Shown piece after piece: positions 48,626-61,768 of a DNA stretch of 64,000 bases. This stretch comes from Macrostomum lignano. Lineage: Eukaryota. The stretch is from positions 1 through 64,000 of the forward strand of contig NIVC01002647.1 in NCBI GenBank assembly GCA_002269645.1, read 5' to 3'. The notes under the pieces were generated by a model. It worked only from the letters and a program-made list of their open reading frames with translations, was not told the DNA's origin and did no database searches. Position numbers and translations under genes: made by a program. Position 1 is the stretch's first letter. Each line of letters begins with the position of its first letter.

Positions 48626-48626
48626 G

Positions 48627-48657
<31 letters not shown>

Positions 48658-48720
48658 CTACTACTACTACCACTACTACGTACTACTACCACTACTACTA
48701 CTGCTACCACTACTATACGT
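48557..48720. repeat. (ACT)n trinucleotide microsatellite
   Basis: Direct reading. Confidence 0.95.
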
Positions 48721-50074
48721 ACGCACACGGAATTCGAACCTGTGAATTTTTTGTGCGAAAGCTTCTCACGCGTGAACTGGCCAGCTCCCTGCACCTGTTG
48801 GTAAAAGCCAAGGCAATTAACGGTGTCACCGAAGGCTTTACGCCAGGGTGACCACAGCCCTCCTGCGAGCTTTGTTTTTAGATCGCAGAATCAGGCATCG
48901 AGTGCCTGAGTTGTCTGCATCTTCAGTTTTATTTCCCCACTAAGCCAACAGCGACAATCCGCATGTACAGAGCAATTGCAGCACCTTCAACGTTCCCTGC
49001 AACCCAGAGAGTAAAGCGAGAGTTGGCTTTGTCACAGAGATAAATCTTCTGTTTCAGAGACCTACAGGATCCTGCATTTCGAGCTTTCTCCGTCAAGACT
49101 CTCTGAGGAACGCGGCTTTTTGCCCGACTCACTTGCCGGCGCCACCGCGGCTGCAGCTGCGAAGGAGGCGGTTCGGATGACTAAATGAATGACAATTTTA
49201 TGGCAGTAGTAATAATGCAGGCTGGACTGCTGAATTGCATCTCTCACCTGCCATAGCCAAGATGAGCATCGAGGCTAATAGGGCTTGTGTTTGCTTCAAG
49301 TTCAGCATGGTTGCTCTTTCTTGCTGGCTTCAGTTGAGCTGAGTTTGAGTGGCAATTCGATAAGCTCCAAAACTTTTCGATTCGATCTGTCACTTTAAGT
49401 ACTTTATTAAGGCTTGTTCGCAATGCCAGCTGCTTTGATAAGCAGACCTCATAGGTAAAATCCAGCTGGCCTTGCAGGGCCCTTGGAGCCTGAAGTCAGA
49501 GTTTACGTTCGTTGTTACGAGTTAAGCCGTAAATTCAGATCCTCGTGCCAGTTTCTGTACATTTGGTCTCGTAAATGTTTTAGGTCAATAAAATGAACTT
49601 TGCTAGCAGGTGGTATCAGATCTTTCCATTATAGCATGTACTATAGAGCTTTGAAACTTCGCAACGTTTATGAACGAGCTACATGTTTATGCTTTGGGCC
49701 ATTGACTCCACACAAGTGAACCACAAAGCGGGCCACAAAGCCTTTCTATCACCCCTCGGGGGTCCTTTGAAACTTTACAATAGGAATCCGAACAGCTCAA
49801 GGTTTGCCTCTTCTGAGTTCCCTCTCCCCTCTTCTCTCTCTTCTCTCCTTTCTCCACTCCTCTCCCCAATCCTCTGCTCTCTCCTCTCATCCTACTCCCC
49901 TACTCTCCTCTTCTTTTTTCTCTTCTCTCATCTCTCCTCTTCCCTCATCGCGTCTCTGATCTCGCTTTTCACCCTTCATCTCTTCTCTCACCTCTCACCT
50001 CCTCTTTCCTCTTCTCAAGCCTCTATTCCCTTTCCTCTTTCATCTGGCCCGCAGTAATGATCTTTAAGTCTATA

Positions 50075-50503
50075 AGTCAGTCAGTCAGTCAGTCAGTCAG
50101 TCAGTCAGTCAGTCAGTCAGTCAGTCAGTCAGTCAGTCAGTCAGTCAGTCAGTCAGTCAGTCAGTCAGTCAGTCAGTCAGTCAGTCAGTCAGTCAGTCAG
50201 TCAGTCAGTCAGTCAGTCAGTCAGTCAGTCAGTCAGTCAGTCAGTCAGTCAGTCAGTCAGTCAGTCAGTCAGTCAGTCAGTCAGTCAGTCAGTCAGTCAG
50301 TCAGTCAGTCAGTCAGTCAGTCAGTCAGTCAGTCAGTCAGTCAGTCAGTCAGTCAGTCAGTCAGTCAGTCAGTCAGTCAGTCAGTCAGTCAGTCAGTCAG
50401 TCAGTCAGTCAGTCAGTCAGTCAGTCAGTCAGTCAGTCAGTCAGTCAGTCAGTCAGTCAGTCAGTCAGTCAGTCAGTCAGTCAGTCAGTCAGTCAGTCAG
50501 TCA
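50075..50503. repeat. Perfect (GTCA)n microsatellite, about 107 units
   Basis: Direct reading. Confidence 0.98.
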
Positions 50504-50715
50504 AAAAAAATTAATAAAAAGAAATTAATAAAAAGGTCAAAGCTACAAGCAAGATTTTGTAGTAAAAGTAGACTATTTTTGATATTTATTTAATACGCTT
50601 GAAACATTACAGCGACAACTAAATTTACAGGTGTGAACTCGCTACTCTAAGTAGCATTCGGTGCTTGAACTCAACTATTGACAAGTTTAAATAAAATCGG
50701 TTGCAGTCGGGCAGG

Positions 50716-53055
50716 TCATGCCGGCTTCCCGCCTCCGGCACCGCCGCCGAGAGCTGCTTCATCAAGGGCCAGCAGGGCCCGGTGCTGGGCCAGCAGCGAC
50801 TGCGCCTGGCGCACAGTCGGCATGTCGATCATCTGGCCGTCGAATACGAAGGCGCCGGCGCCTGCAGACGAGTGGCGCTCGAACTCCTCGCAGAGTCGCT
50901 CGGCCCAGGCGACTCGAGAGGTCACGGGGGAGAAGGCGGCGTGGCACGGTTCGAGCTGCGACGGGTGGATTATCTGCAACAGGTGGGGTGGATTATCTGC
51001 AACAGGTGGGGTGGATTATCTGCAACAGGTGGGGTGGATTATCTGCAACAGGTGGGGTGGATTATCTGCAACAGGTGGGGTGGATTATCTGCAACAGGTG
51101 GGGTGGATTATCTGCAACAGGTGGGGTGGATTATCTGCAACAGGTGGGGTGGATTATCTGCAACAGGTGGGTGGATTATCTGCAACAGGTGGGTGGATTA
51201 TCTGCAACAGGTGGGTGGATTATCTGCAACAGGTGGGTGGATTATCTGCATCTGGAGGATCATCTTGTTGGATTAAAGCTCGTCAATAAAATTCACCTGC
51301 TTCCCAGTGAACCCCATGGCTCGGCCCTCGTTGCACTGCCGCTTCAGATGTTCAACATCTTTGATGTCGATTTCGACCATGTCGATGGCTAACAACCGGC
51401 GCGACCTCGCGGCCAGGGCGAACTGGGCCCGGGCGTGCCGGGTTTCCAGGCCGTCGCGGCTTCGCTCGACGCCAACGGAGGCGCAGAAATCGTCGGAGCC
51501 GAACACGCAGCCGACAGGGTGCAGCAGCCCGCGCTGCCTGCTGGCCGACATCGCCGAGTCCAGAATCTGCGGCATGGCCAGCAGGGCCGCAGCCGACTCG
51601 ATCATGAGGATGAGCGGCACGGCGCTGTTGGGTCCAGACGGTGGTCGGCGCCAGTGGCGCTCGAGTTGGCCGGACAGCCACGCGACATCGTCGGCGCTTT
51701 CGACCTTCGGCAGGACGAGAACGTCCGGGGGCCTGAGACGGGTTGGGAATGGGAGACTGTGAGATTCTCATGAGTAGACTGTGCGATTCTCATGAGTAGA
51801 CTGTGAGATTCTCATGAGTAGATTGCCCAATTCTCATGAGTAGACTATGAGATTCTCATGAGTAGACTATGAGATTCTCATGAGTAGACTGTGAGATTCT
51901 GATGAGTGAATTGTGAGATTCTCATGAGTAGACTGTGCGATTCTCATGAGTAGACTATGAGATTCTCATGAGTAGACTGTGAGATTCTGATGAGTGAATT
52001 GTGAGATTCTCATGAGTAGACTATGAGATTCTCATGAGTAGACTGCCCGATTCTCATGAGTACACTGCGATTCTCATGAGTAGACTGTGAGATTCTCATG
52101 AGTAGACTGGGCGATTCTAACGAGTAGACTGGATAATATTTTGACTAGATTAGGCGATCAACATTAGACACGAGAATTCGAAGGATTTTTCTCACCTGGC
52201 AGAGTCCATCACGCACCGGACGTCTTCCTCGGCCAGCTGCTCTGCCTCGGCCGGCGGGTTGACCCGGACAGCCACGGACCGGCCGCCACCGAGCAGTTCG
52301 GGCAGCCGCAGCTCCGTCAGGGCGCGCCTGGCGCCCTCCCTGTCGACAGGAAGATTTTATAAATAAAATTCTGTTCTAACTACTTTTCTTTCTGTAAAGT
52401 AAGTAGCAAGTAAATAAAATTAGCAGCTAATTTTGCTCAATGGGTTAAAGATAACAATGGGGTGGTGGGTGCTCTGTGAGTCTGTGGGTCGGTGGATGTT
52501 CTGTGGGGTGGTGAGTGTTCTGTGGGGTGGTGGGTGTTCTGTGGGGTGGCGGGTATTCTGTGGGGTGGTGGGTGTTCTGTGGGGTGGTGGGTGTTCTGTG
52601 GGGTGGTGGGTGTTCTGTGGGGTGGTGTGTATCAAGTGACTGACTTTGCTATCAACGAAGCAGTTGCTAGCTTTGCACTTGTGTTGTGGAAGTGAAGATA
52701 GAGCAATAACGATTTTAGCAAGTCAGGAAGAAAAATAAATAACAGTCAATACTACTACTTAATTGCAAGTAGCATAGTAGTATACGTGTACAGTGGATGG
52801 ATACTATTTATCAATCTACCTCGCTGCAGCTTTGGCTGCAAAGGCCACGCCGTCTTCCAGGTCCAACACTGGTAGGTCTGGCAGCGGACGACGAGATGCC
52901 AACTTGGACAGCATCTTCTCTGAGCTGGCGGGCACATACATGAAGGAGCGGGCCACCAGTGTATGGCTACCAAATTGACGAGCTACCATGCGGTACAGTC
53001 TTGGCAACTGTCGCCATGGCAACAGCTGGCCTAAATGTGCAGATTGAGCTTGCAT
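50716..53055 (-). CDS. CLYBL: Citrate lyase beta-like / citramalyl-CoA lyase; exons 53055-52820, 52339-52196, 51732-51297, 50973-50716; 357 aa with mitochondrial-type presequence
   Basis: RSFMYVP, LDLEDGV, VRVN, LPKVES, MIES, FGSDDF, AIDMV, GRAMGFTGKQ-IIHPSQ, FDGQMIDMP; GT-AG junctions phase-consistent. Confidence 0.93.
50964..51250 (-). repeat. 22/23-bp tandem repeat of the CLYBL intron-3/exon-4 junction, 13 copies
   Basis: Minus-strand unit ACCTGTTGCAG|ATAATCCACCC(C). Confidence 0.95.
51755..52125. repeat. ~22-bp minisatellite (GTGAGATTCTCATGAGTAGACT) in CLYBL intron 2
   Basis: About 16 copies, each with the palindrome CTCATGAG. Confidence 0.9.
52470..52628. repeat. GGGTGTTCTGTGGGGTGGT-type repeat in CLYBL intron 1
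   Basis: Direct reading. Confidence 0.85.
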
Positions 53056-53583
53056 GAAGTTTTTACCATGGTTTAACCAGTATGTGAGGCAGTGAGAAAT
53101 TTTAAATTGAAAGCAAAAATTTTAGATACATGAATTTGGCATGTATTTTTATAATATCACATTCTGCTTTTTGTTTGTTAAAATCTATTTGCACTGCTAA
53201 AAACTTGCTAATATAAAGAACCTTTAAAATTTATTACATTAAAATAACACATTTGATAATAAATAAAATATAATAATTATAGTTTTCATCTGTCTTGATA
53301 TTTCTATAACTATTTAAATGTCACTACAATGTCTCAAATGTCTATTTTATAGGTCAATTAAAAGCACTTATTTTAGACATAGAAATTGATATTTAATTTT
53401 ATACCAAATTTTAAATATAAAAAACCAATGCAATAGGCATACACAATAGCTCAGAAAGAGACATACATTGTCACCTTCTAAACTATGGTAGTAATATGGT
53501 TTATGTTATTTGATTGATTGTTCAAATATACAAACTGCTATAATCAATAGACAAGGCAATGTTATCAATTGATCCCTATTATT

Positions 53584-54437
53584 TAGTGTTCGGCCGTAAT
53601 TACGGCTACGGCTACGGCAAATTACGGCTACGACACTTTTGAAGCCGTATTTTCATTACGGATTACGGTTATGGACATATTTTGAGCTTACGGTTACGGT
53701 TACGGATTACGGAGATTTTTCTAGACTTGCTGTAATTGGTAGCCGTAACAAAAATTATTTATTTTTAACTGTTTAGTGTTATAAAAAATTTTTTTTTATA
53801 TCAACTTCAACCAGTTTTCATTTTGTTTTACTAGTTATTATTATTTTTTACTTTTGTTAAGTTTCTAAATATCTACAAAACTTTTTGAAAACGAAAAATG
53901 AATTTTTTCACAAATTTTCTCATTAGGCATCCGGCATAGCATAGCATAGCGATAGCATGATAGCAGCGAGACAGAGAGAGCCAGTCAAAGCCTGCAAGAG
54001 ACTAAGAATCTGGCATTCTTATTTCTTAGCCATATGTAGCATTTAGCTCCTTAGCATATTGTAGCGAAACAAAACAGAATCACAACACAGAAAACTGAAA
54101 AAGGCACCAAGCACACAATTGCATACAACAATGCTATAGAATACTTAGATAAAGATATTATATTTACGAAAAAAATAAATTAATATTAATGCATGAACGA
54201 ACAACAAGTACGTTTTATTGCTATCCTTTTATCCTTTTTATCTGTCCTTTTCTGTCTGCCCCACTTTTCATGCAAAAATATCAATTTTTGTTATACATTA
54301 CGGCTACGGTTACGGCAAATTACGGTTACAGACTTTTTTAGCCCGTAATGACGGCAAAATTTGGCTACGGAAGTTGCTTCTTTCTTACCGCTACGGTTAC
54401 GGTTACGGAGGTCAAAACTCGCGGCGGCGGAACACTA
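53584..54437. mobile_element. Non-autonomous hAT element (854 bp)
   Basis: TIR TAGTGTTC(G/C)GCCG; perfect 8-bp TSD CTATTATT; clustered subterminal TACGG(C/T) repeats at both ends. Confidence 0.9.
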
Positions 54438-55286
54438 CTATTATTGTAGCCAAGGGACAAGGGTCAAGTTGTACTAAGCAGCTCTTTAAATATGGCAGAC
54501 TAAATGCAATGTGCCCAACAAAGCTAACTCTCCTTATCTTTGCCTAGACACTTGAACCTTGACAAATTAATGTTAGCTAATTTTTAAATTGCATTAGATT
54601 GTCATCTACAAAATATCCCTTGGTCATAATAGGGCAACTAACTGGGTTTATCTTCTACCAGGTTGCAGATGGTATGCATGTATGCTAGAAAGTTTCCGGC
54701 ATACAAAATGGCAACTCAAAGTCCTTGGCATACACAAACAATATACACAACCCCAGGTGCACTTTGTTGGCATACATTATTGGTATATATATAGAAGTAA
54801 CACAACCATATGTACTTTTTTGGCATACAAATTTTGGTGAATAAATTTATGTAGTGCATGAAAATTGTAATGTAAATTAACATTTTTTATGTAAAGTAAA
54901 GGAAAATTTATATAGTCTAGAGAGTCAGGGATAAACTTTTTGCTTTTTAAAAATTAACAATAAATAAAATTAGTATAAATTTTAGTATATTGGATTATTG
55001 CTAAGAGTGTCAACTTTGAATTACTTTTTCTATAGGTATAATTTAAGTTTGTTTAAAATGAAAATATTTGTAATATTTTAAAAATACTTTTCATATGGAA
55101 ACCTTTCTTAGAAAACTCTACTTATGAAAACCAAATGACCTTTTTAGGAGGATTTTTTGGCATACATTTTAGGGCATTTTTTTGTTTTTGGCGTACACTG
55201 GCACACATTTAGGTGAGCTAGGATTCTTTTTCTGGTGTACACTACTACACGATCCACAACCTGGATCTTCTAGTCCTCTATAGTCT

Positions 55287-55876
55287 CCATAGTCAGGAAG
55301 GTGTCCGTACGCCGGAATTTTCCGGCGTACATCAGCCCCCCCCCCAAAAATGGCGTACAGTTTCGCGTACACACGGTCCGAAAAATGGCGTACAGAGTTC
55401 TTGGCGTACACAACACAGTTTTCGCATGCAAAAATCTGTCCAAAAATCGGCCTACAATATTTGCATGTGATTGGCGTAAGAACAAACGTTTAAAAAACCT
55501 GCAAACAACCCAATTACTTTGACAAAGTATTGTATATCGTTCAATTTTAGTGAATTGGTAAATCTATTTTCATCTTTAAAACGCTGAAATTACGTAAATT
55601 TTGAATCTGATTTATTGTTAACAAAACTTTACTAAAGTCTCTGTCAGAATCGTTGTCTGAAAACAAATGAACTTTTTATTGGGTAATTAATACGTAAATT
55701 TTAAATCTATAAATTGGAGCGTTTTTTTGGGTCCTCAATTTTGGCGTACGCTTTTTTGGGCTATTCAATTTTGGCGTACCTCAGAAAGCGCTTTTTTAGG
55801 GTTTTCAATTTTGGCGTACACAACATTTTTTCTTAATTTTCATTCCGGCGTACACTGGACACCTTCCTGACTATGG
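55287..55876. mobile_element. MITE (590 bp) with 20-bp TIR and 8-bp TSD (hAT- or P-like)
   Basis: CCATAGTCAGGAAGGTGTCC / GGACACCTTCCTGACTATGG; TSD TATAGTCT on both sides; internal GGCGTAC repeats. Confidence 0.9.
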
Positions 55877-57637
55877 TATAGTCTTGACAATTCTGATATT
55901 TTATATTTGCCTTCCATACTGAAGCAATACTAAATACAAAGCTAGACTACTACTAGAATTTAACATTTTCAAAGAAGTAGGTGTAGGCCCAACTATCTTA
56001 TTAAAAATAAAAATGGTAATATAGAAGTATGTACATAGATTTTAGTATCTGATTAAACTATTAAACCTAACTGAAATATAGTTAAAAACTTAAAAACTGC
56101 AAAACCTGATCCTTAATGCAATGAGTATAGTTCTATGGGCTTAACATTGACATTTCTGCATATTTCTATTTTTTATAATATATAACATATAAAGTATTTA
56201 AAAAATGGACTAGGCCTCTTCATTGATAAGGCCTGATAAAGACTGTTACAGTATAAAAACGTATAGTTTTAGCGCTAAATATGAGTTTCAATCAGGCTTC
56301 AAATCTGTATGCCTAGCTACTGTAGGCCTGTACTGTATGCGTAGCTGAAGCCTGCTATATTAATGTTGCCTGTGTTTACACTCTCCATTTGCAGTATTGT
56401 CAGTAGTGGTTGTAAATTGGCTCAAATTGACTTATTGTTTCTTATAAAATTTAACATTTGAACTGAGATAAACTTTCTAGAAAGCAACGATTATAACAAA
56501 AAGTCATTACGGGATTTCAGAATTTTCGTCTACCATAGCTAATGAGTTGCAGAAACCTTGAGTTTTTATTATTAAAAATTTGCCTGGCTCTACTTCTTCG
56601 CAAGGACAACTCAAGTAGACTCAACGCTACTTGATTATTAGTCCTTGATTTTCCGTTGCTTATTTATTGTATTCTGGCTTTTATTGAACTAATAAAATTA
56701 ATTTATTTTTTTTATATTAGTTATTTTTTTGGAATCTAATCAGCAAATTAAATTATTTATCATCATTATCATGTAGATTCGATCGATTATGCAAGGACAT
56801 CTATGACTCAAGTCGTCCATGGTATTGTGGCAAATACGTGCATCATGCGACTGGTGTAAATACCACAGGGAGAGCACCCTTTTGCAAAGCGCATGGTTCG
56901 AACAGGATGGGGCTGTATTTGTTATATATGTACAGTAGATTGAGTAGGTTTAAGTAAAATACTTTAAGCCGTTCTTGGGTTTGAACTGCTGCATGCATGT
57001 CTATTTATTATCACGAAGTTACACGAAGTTAATCTTGAAAAACGCATGTCCTCAAAGGGGCCTGTACAGGTAATTGTCTACATGTAATTATAATTCGATT
57101 GCTTCCATACACATTGGTTGAGTGGAGAAAAATTATTATAGAAAATCCAGTAAATATATACCTAGCGCGCGTACTACACTGTACTTTGGTGCGACGAAGA
57201 ATCAAGGAATCAGCGAATAATTCCTTGAATTTAAAACCAGTATAGATATTGTAAAGAGCAGACGTGCAATTACATACACCTACATGTATATACTTATCTA
57301 TCTGGCGTTGCAAAACTACTAATCACTGCTCACTAGTTTCCTGAAGCAAGTTCCACCTCACTGAGCAGTAAATTGCACCTTTCATGTAGAAGTTTTTTGC
57401 TGCCGAACTGGTATATTATTTTTCACCCCATCCTGCATTGACTTGAGCCGACTCGTATGGAGCCAATGAAATGCATTTATCATTGCGGCTTTACCTGCGA
57501 ACGATATCAGCTGGCCAATCATCGCCACATAGCCGATATGAGGAGATGAAGCTAGGAACCTGATCAGAAATAATCAGAACCGGAAACATTGCCAGAGAAA
57601 GCAGCTTAGCAACCAAAATTAATTCAAAATTTGAGAA

Positions 57638-58729
57638 ATGAGAGTTCTACCGATGGAAACAGTCGAGGCAGACGCCAATCCGAGTAGTGCGGCGTCGCAG
57701 CAGCCTACAGCTACCTTCGCCAGCAGCAGACATTGTTGCAGCGGACGCAGTCTGCGAGACAGTGGCTCCAGAGCTCTGCAGATGGCCCTGGCCGAACTGC
57801 GTGCACCTGGACTGAGCAACGCGATTTCGTCCAGCCACCAGCTTCACGTGAGAGCCGCTTGGCTGCTGGCCTTCCTCACATCTCTGGCCGTCATGCTGTA
57901 CCACCTGACCTCGCTAACCCGTAAGCTCTTGTCCAACGAAGTGTCAACTCGGCTAGAGGCCGAGAGCATCGATTTCGACATGCCCGATCTGTACTTTTGT
58001 CCCGAGGCGCCAATGTCTGGCAGTAGATTTCTCAACCTTAGCCGGGAAAACTCAACTATGTTGGCCGCCTGGATGAACAATACGAGAAAAAAGTTCGCAG
58101 AATTCGTGTCCGACGCACCTGCCGGGCCGGACTATCGGAATCAGTTTCACAGAGAACACCTGGCCGATGCGGTTGTCCACTCAGTTCCATTCTGGTTTCT
58201 AGCCAGCAGGTTGGCGCATTCAATCGAGCAGTTCGTTGTTTATGCCGCCATTGTGGACGCCAGCCAGGGCCTGGTAGGAGCCACGCAGATACCCGTCGAA
58301 GCGTTCGACCATCCGGAGCACATTCGCTGCTTTCGAGCCATCCTTTCGATCGAAAACCGCAGTCGACTGCGCACGGTCGATGCGTACGTTGAGTTTGTGC
58401 TGATGCTGGACCGCTATCACCCTTGGATGCCTCGGGGAGAGTACTCGGCCCCTAGCATCAACGGCTTGAAAGTGTCCGATTGGACTCTGGCAGAGTCGCC
58501 AGCGTCATCAAAAGCTGTTGGTGTTCGCCTCTACCTGCCGCCCGTCGGCGAGTATCCGAGCCACTTTGCAAGCCATTTTTTGCTGCAGCTAGGCAGCCTG
58601 AATCTTACCGGTCTAAGCGACTACCTAGTAGTGAATAATCTGGCCACTAGGTGGGTAGCCGACTTTATTGTTGCCAGTCCAGCCACGGCCTGTCGATACA
58701 AGGACCGTTGTGTCACGTTATTGACGTAG
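57638..58729 (+). CDS. Divergent DEG/ENaC (amiloride-sensitive channel-like) N-terminal part; TM2 not found, may be a pseudogene
   Basis: pre-TM1 PGLSNAI...RAAW, TM1 LLAFLTSLAVMLYHL, DMPDLYFCP (FPAVTIC equivalent), RCFR, GVRLYLPPVGEYP...LQLGSLNLTGL. Confidence 0.6.
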   Translation: MRVLPMETVEADANPSSAASQQPTATFASSRHCCSGRSLRDSGSRALQMALAELRAPGLSNAISSSHQLHVRAAWLLAFLTSLAVMLYHLTSLTRKLLSNEVSTRLEAESIDFDMPDLYFCPEAPMSGSRFLNLSRENSTMLAAWMNNTRKKFAEFVSDAPAGPDYRNQFHREHLADAVVHSVPFWFLASRLAHSIEQFVVYAAIVDASQGLVGATQIPVEAFDHPEHIRCFRAILSIENRSRLRTVDAYVEFVLMLDRYHPWMPRGEYSAPSINGLKVSDWTLAESPASSKAVGVRLYLPPVGEYPSHFASHFLLQLGSLNLTGLSDYLVVNNLATRWVADFIVASPATACRYKDRCVTLLT

Positions 58730-58824
58730 TGACTATGACCCTTAAAAGGGCCGTTTTGACGAGAGTTGTCGTAAGTCGTTGTAGTCCCAAAATGAATCGA
58801 AGTCAATTCTTGCAAAGTGGATTA

Positions 58825-59271
58825 TGTAGCGGAGCACTTGGCGTATAAAGGCAGGAAACTAATGTCAATGCAAAACTTATAGCGTTCTGGGCACTGGCGG
58901 CTGCAACAATGGTTTTGAAGGTAATAAGAATATGAAGTCGAGTGGCAGGCGAAGGATACAATGGCGACGCAACGTGGCGAGTGGTGGCGACGAGCACAGT
59001 GGAGGCAGTGAGTAGCAAGTAGACAGGCAGATGAGTAGTGGTGAGATTGGCGTTAGCCGTGGCAGTACACAGTGAAGTAACAGTGTGTAAACAGGCTGGC
59101 CCAGACAGAGGAGCCGTGGCGAGAGATAAGGAGGCTCGAGGCAGCCAGGAGAGAGAAGGAAAACAAGAACCAGACGCCACGAAGGAACACAAGAGCCGCG
59201 AAGTGAGGAGGCCCCCCGCCCGCCGCCAGGCGGGGGTTAATAAAGGAGCGCGGAGGGGTTAGCACGAAACA
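58825..59271 (+). mobile_element. Probable solo LTR (447 bp)
   Basis: Starts TGT, ends ACA; TATAAA near the 5' end and AATAAA ~30 nt before the end; no clean TSD. Confidence 0.4.
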
Positions 59272-59674
59272 TGAGTGGAGTTTTCATTGGCTGGTTAAAG
59301 AACTTGAAATTATCGATCGTGCAAGTTTTCTACGGTCGCATGAAGGGATTGCAAAGTACGCAGTGATTTAGCGATGGACACAGATTCGTTGGGCACTACT
59401 ACAAGTAAACGTTAAAATAAACGATTGGAGAATTTAAAATGAGAATTTGTAGAGGAAATGCAGTCCAACGGCCCTTTTGCGGAACCACCTTAAACTGGCA
59501 ACGTCACAGTTGTCACAGGCGCGCCTACTATGTGAGCTGCAGATCGGAAGCGCTTTGGCCGAGCAGGGACTCGGCAATTCCCTTCGTTAAGCAGGGCCTG
59601 GCAACTCCATATGACGGCATTCACAGGCCAGCCTGGTCGTTCCTGTCCGACTTAGCCAGCGCGCCCGACTTGAG

Positions 59675-59855
59675 TGAGTGGGTGACTGACTGACTGACTG
59701 ACTTGAGTGAGTGGGTGACTGACTGACTGACTGACTGACTGACTGACTGACTGACTGACTGACTGACTGACTGACTGACTGACTGACTGACTGACTGACT
59801 GACTGACTGACTGACTGACTGACTGACTGACTGACTGACTGACTGACGGACTGAC
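59675..59855. repeat. (GACT)n microsatellite
   Basis: Direct reading; reverse complement of the (GTCA)n family. Confidence 0.95.
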
Positions 59856-61768
59856 AAGTTTGAGTATATTTGCCGCCTCGACGCGCTGTACAGAAGAGCA
59901 ATGGAGAATAAATACTGGAAATCCTGCGATGCTCTCATAAATCTCTCATTCTTAGGTGGCGTATTGTCTGACTTCAGAAAAACATATAAGAAGGCGCTTT
60001 GCAAATTGCTTAAATGCAGTGATCGAAAACTTGTTTTCCGCACCGAAAATATTGGTAGCGTGCAGTTAACAGACTCGATCGAGTCGGTGGTTGAACTCGC
60101 TCTCTTAAGGCCGTTTTTTGCCAATTCCGCTACGCTGATCGTGATCAAATTATTTCCTAATACTAAAAAACCAGGTGACACCAGCACATGAGAGCAAGGA
60201 AGCAACTGCGATTAATGACCCATCTGCTTGGGTGTGAAACTTATAATTGTGACAGCGAACCGATTCAGCTGTTCAAAGTACGTGTTACAGTGTAATCGCG
60301 GTAGATATGAATGTAAACATATGACCATTACCATTAACTTAAGACTCGATATTGAAGCCTCCCTATATAGTAAAATGCAAAAAATCAACTTGATTTTGCA
60401 GCTAGTTGCAGCAGTGGGGTAAAGCGCGAGCTCAGAGCAACCGTAAGCTGTTCGGCCAGCGGCCCAATTTTTACCCATACGAATGTATAACTATAGGTTT
60501 CTTTCTGTAGGTTTTAATCTTTACCGGACTGAATCGAATCGGCTTTGAACTTTACACTTACTGTTCTTTATAAAATAAAATAAATATATATATTGATTGT
60601 TTTGCTAACTTAAATTCATTTGGGCCCCGATGACGTTTGTGTGACGACGAAACGCGTTGGCAAAAAAAATTGGCGTTTGCTTTCTTGCTTTTCATGCGTG
60701 GAGCAGCATTCAGTTCCTTATCTATTACCAGGTAACTCTGGTTTTGCGATTGCAACTTGGCTTATTTCTAATGTAAACGAATTTACTCCAATACCAAAAT
60801 TTATGCGGTTTTTGAAATGACACCGGAAAAATACAAAGTTGTCATGGGGACGTAACGATGAAAACTAGCGCAAATTTAACTAGCGAAAAAGAAAATCTTA
60901 ATAAATGTAAAACCAGGGAGTTACGAGCCTAGAATATAACTCTTGTTTTAGAATAGTATTTTTAGTGTATTGGATTCTTTATTTTTGTAGAAACTTAAAA
61001 AAGAAACCTTTATCCATACTTTGTAATTCTTACTGCAGTTTTTCGCTATCTCGTAGACCATTTTCCGCATCTTACGATGTACCATGCCACCCACATAGCC
61101 ATTGCTGGATGGACGGGATCTTATTTCTATCTTTGTGACTATTTTATATATTTATTGTTATGTTGTTTTCATGAGGTTTTCTGTGATTCGGCTCAGAACA
61201 GAGGTTTTATTCAATCAATGTATTTGTTATAGCAGCTTATATGGTATTTTTGTAGATATTAGAATTTTTGTTGATGTTTAAGTAGACATTTTTGAGATAT
61301 TTAACTAATTTATACAGACAGCTATTTCTCGTGCTAATATAAAATATAACTTTTTAAAAAGCAATGGCTAGTCTTATTGTACCATCAATGATTTTAAATA
61401 TGAGTACCTTTAGGAGCCACTCTAAAATAGATTACTCTTGATCAGTAGTTTGTTATCACAAAAAAATTTATTATTTCATGCAAAAAATAAAAATCAATTT
61501 AAAGTATATTTGAGAGAAAAAAATATTAACTCTAAGACAAAGTAAAAATGCATAAATTTTTTAATTTACAGTCAACAGTAACTAGTCCATTCTTTCTATT
61601 GTTGAATTCATGTGTGAGGCCAGACGCAAAATACTGCATGCAAGAGAATTAGCGCAATTCCATTCAGCCTTGCCCCAGTCCCAAGAGAAGCGTCAATCAG
61701 GCCAGACACGCTGGCACATACCGTGGCTGGAGTTTCTGATGCACTAATTTTTAATAATAAAAGTGCAG

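Noticed and set aside
50964-51250. CRISPR-like array (also considered for the 27.8-30.4 kb repeats)
   Set aside because: Repeats are head-to-tail with no unique spacers, eukaryotic context, no cas genes
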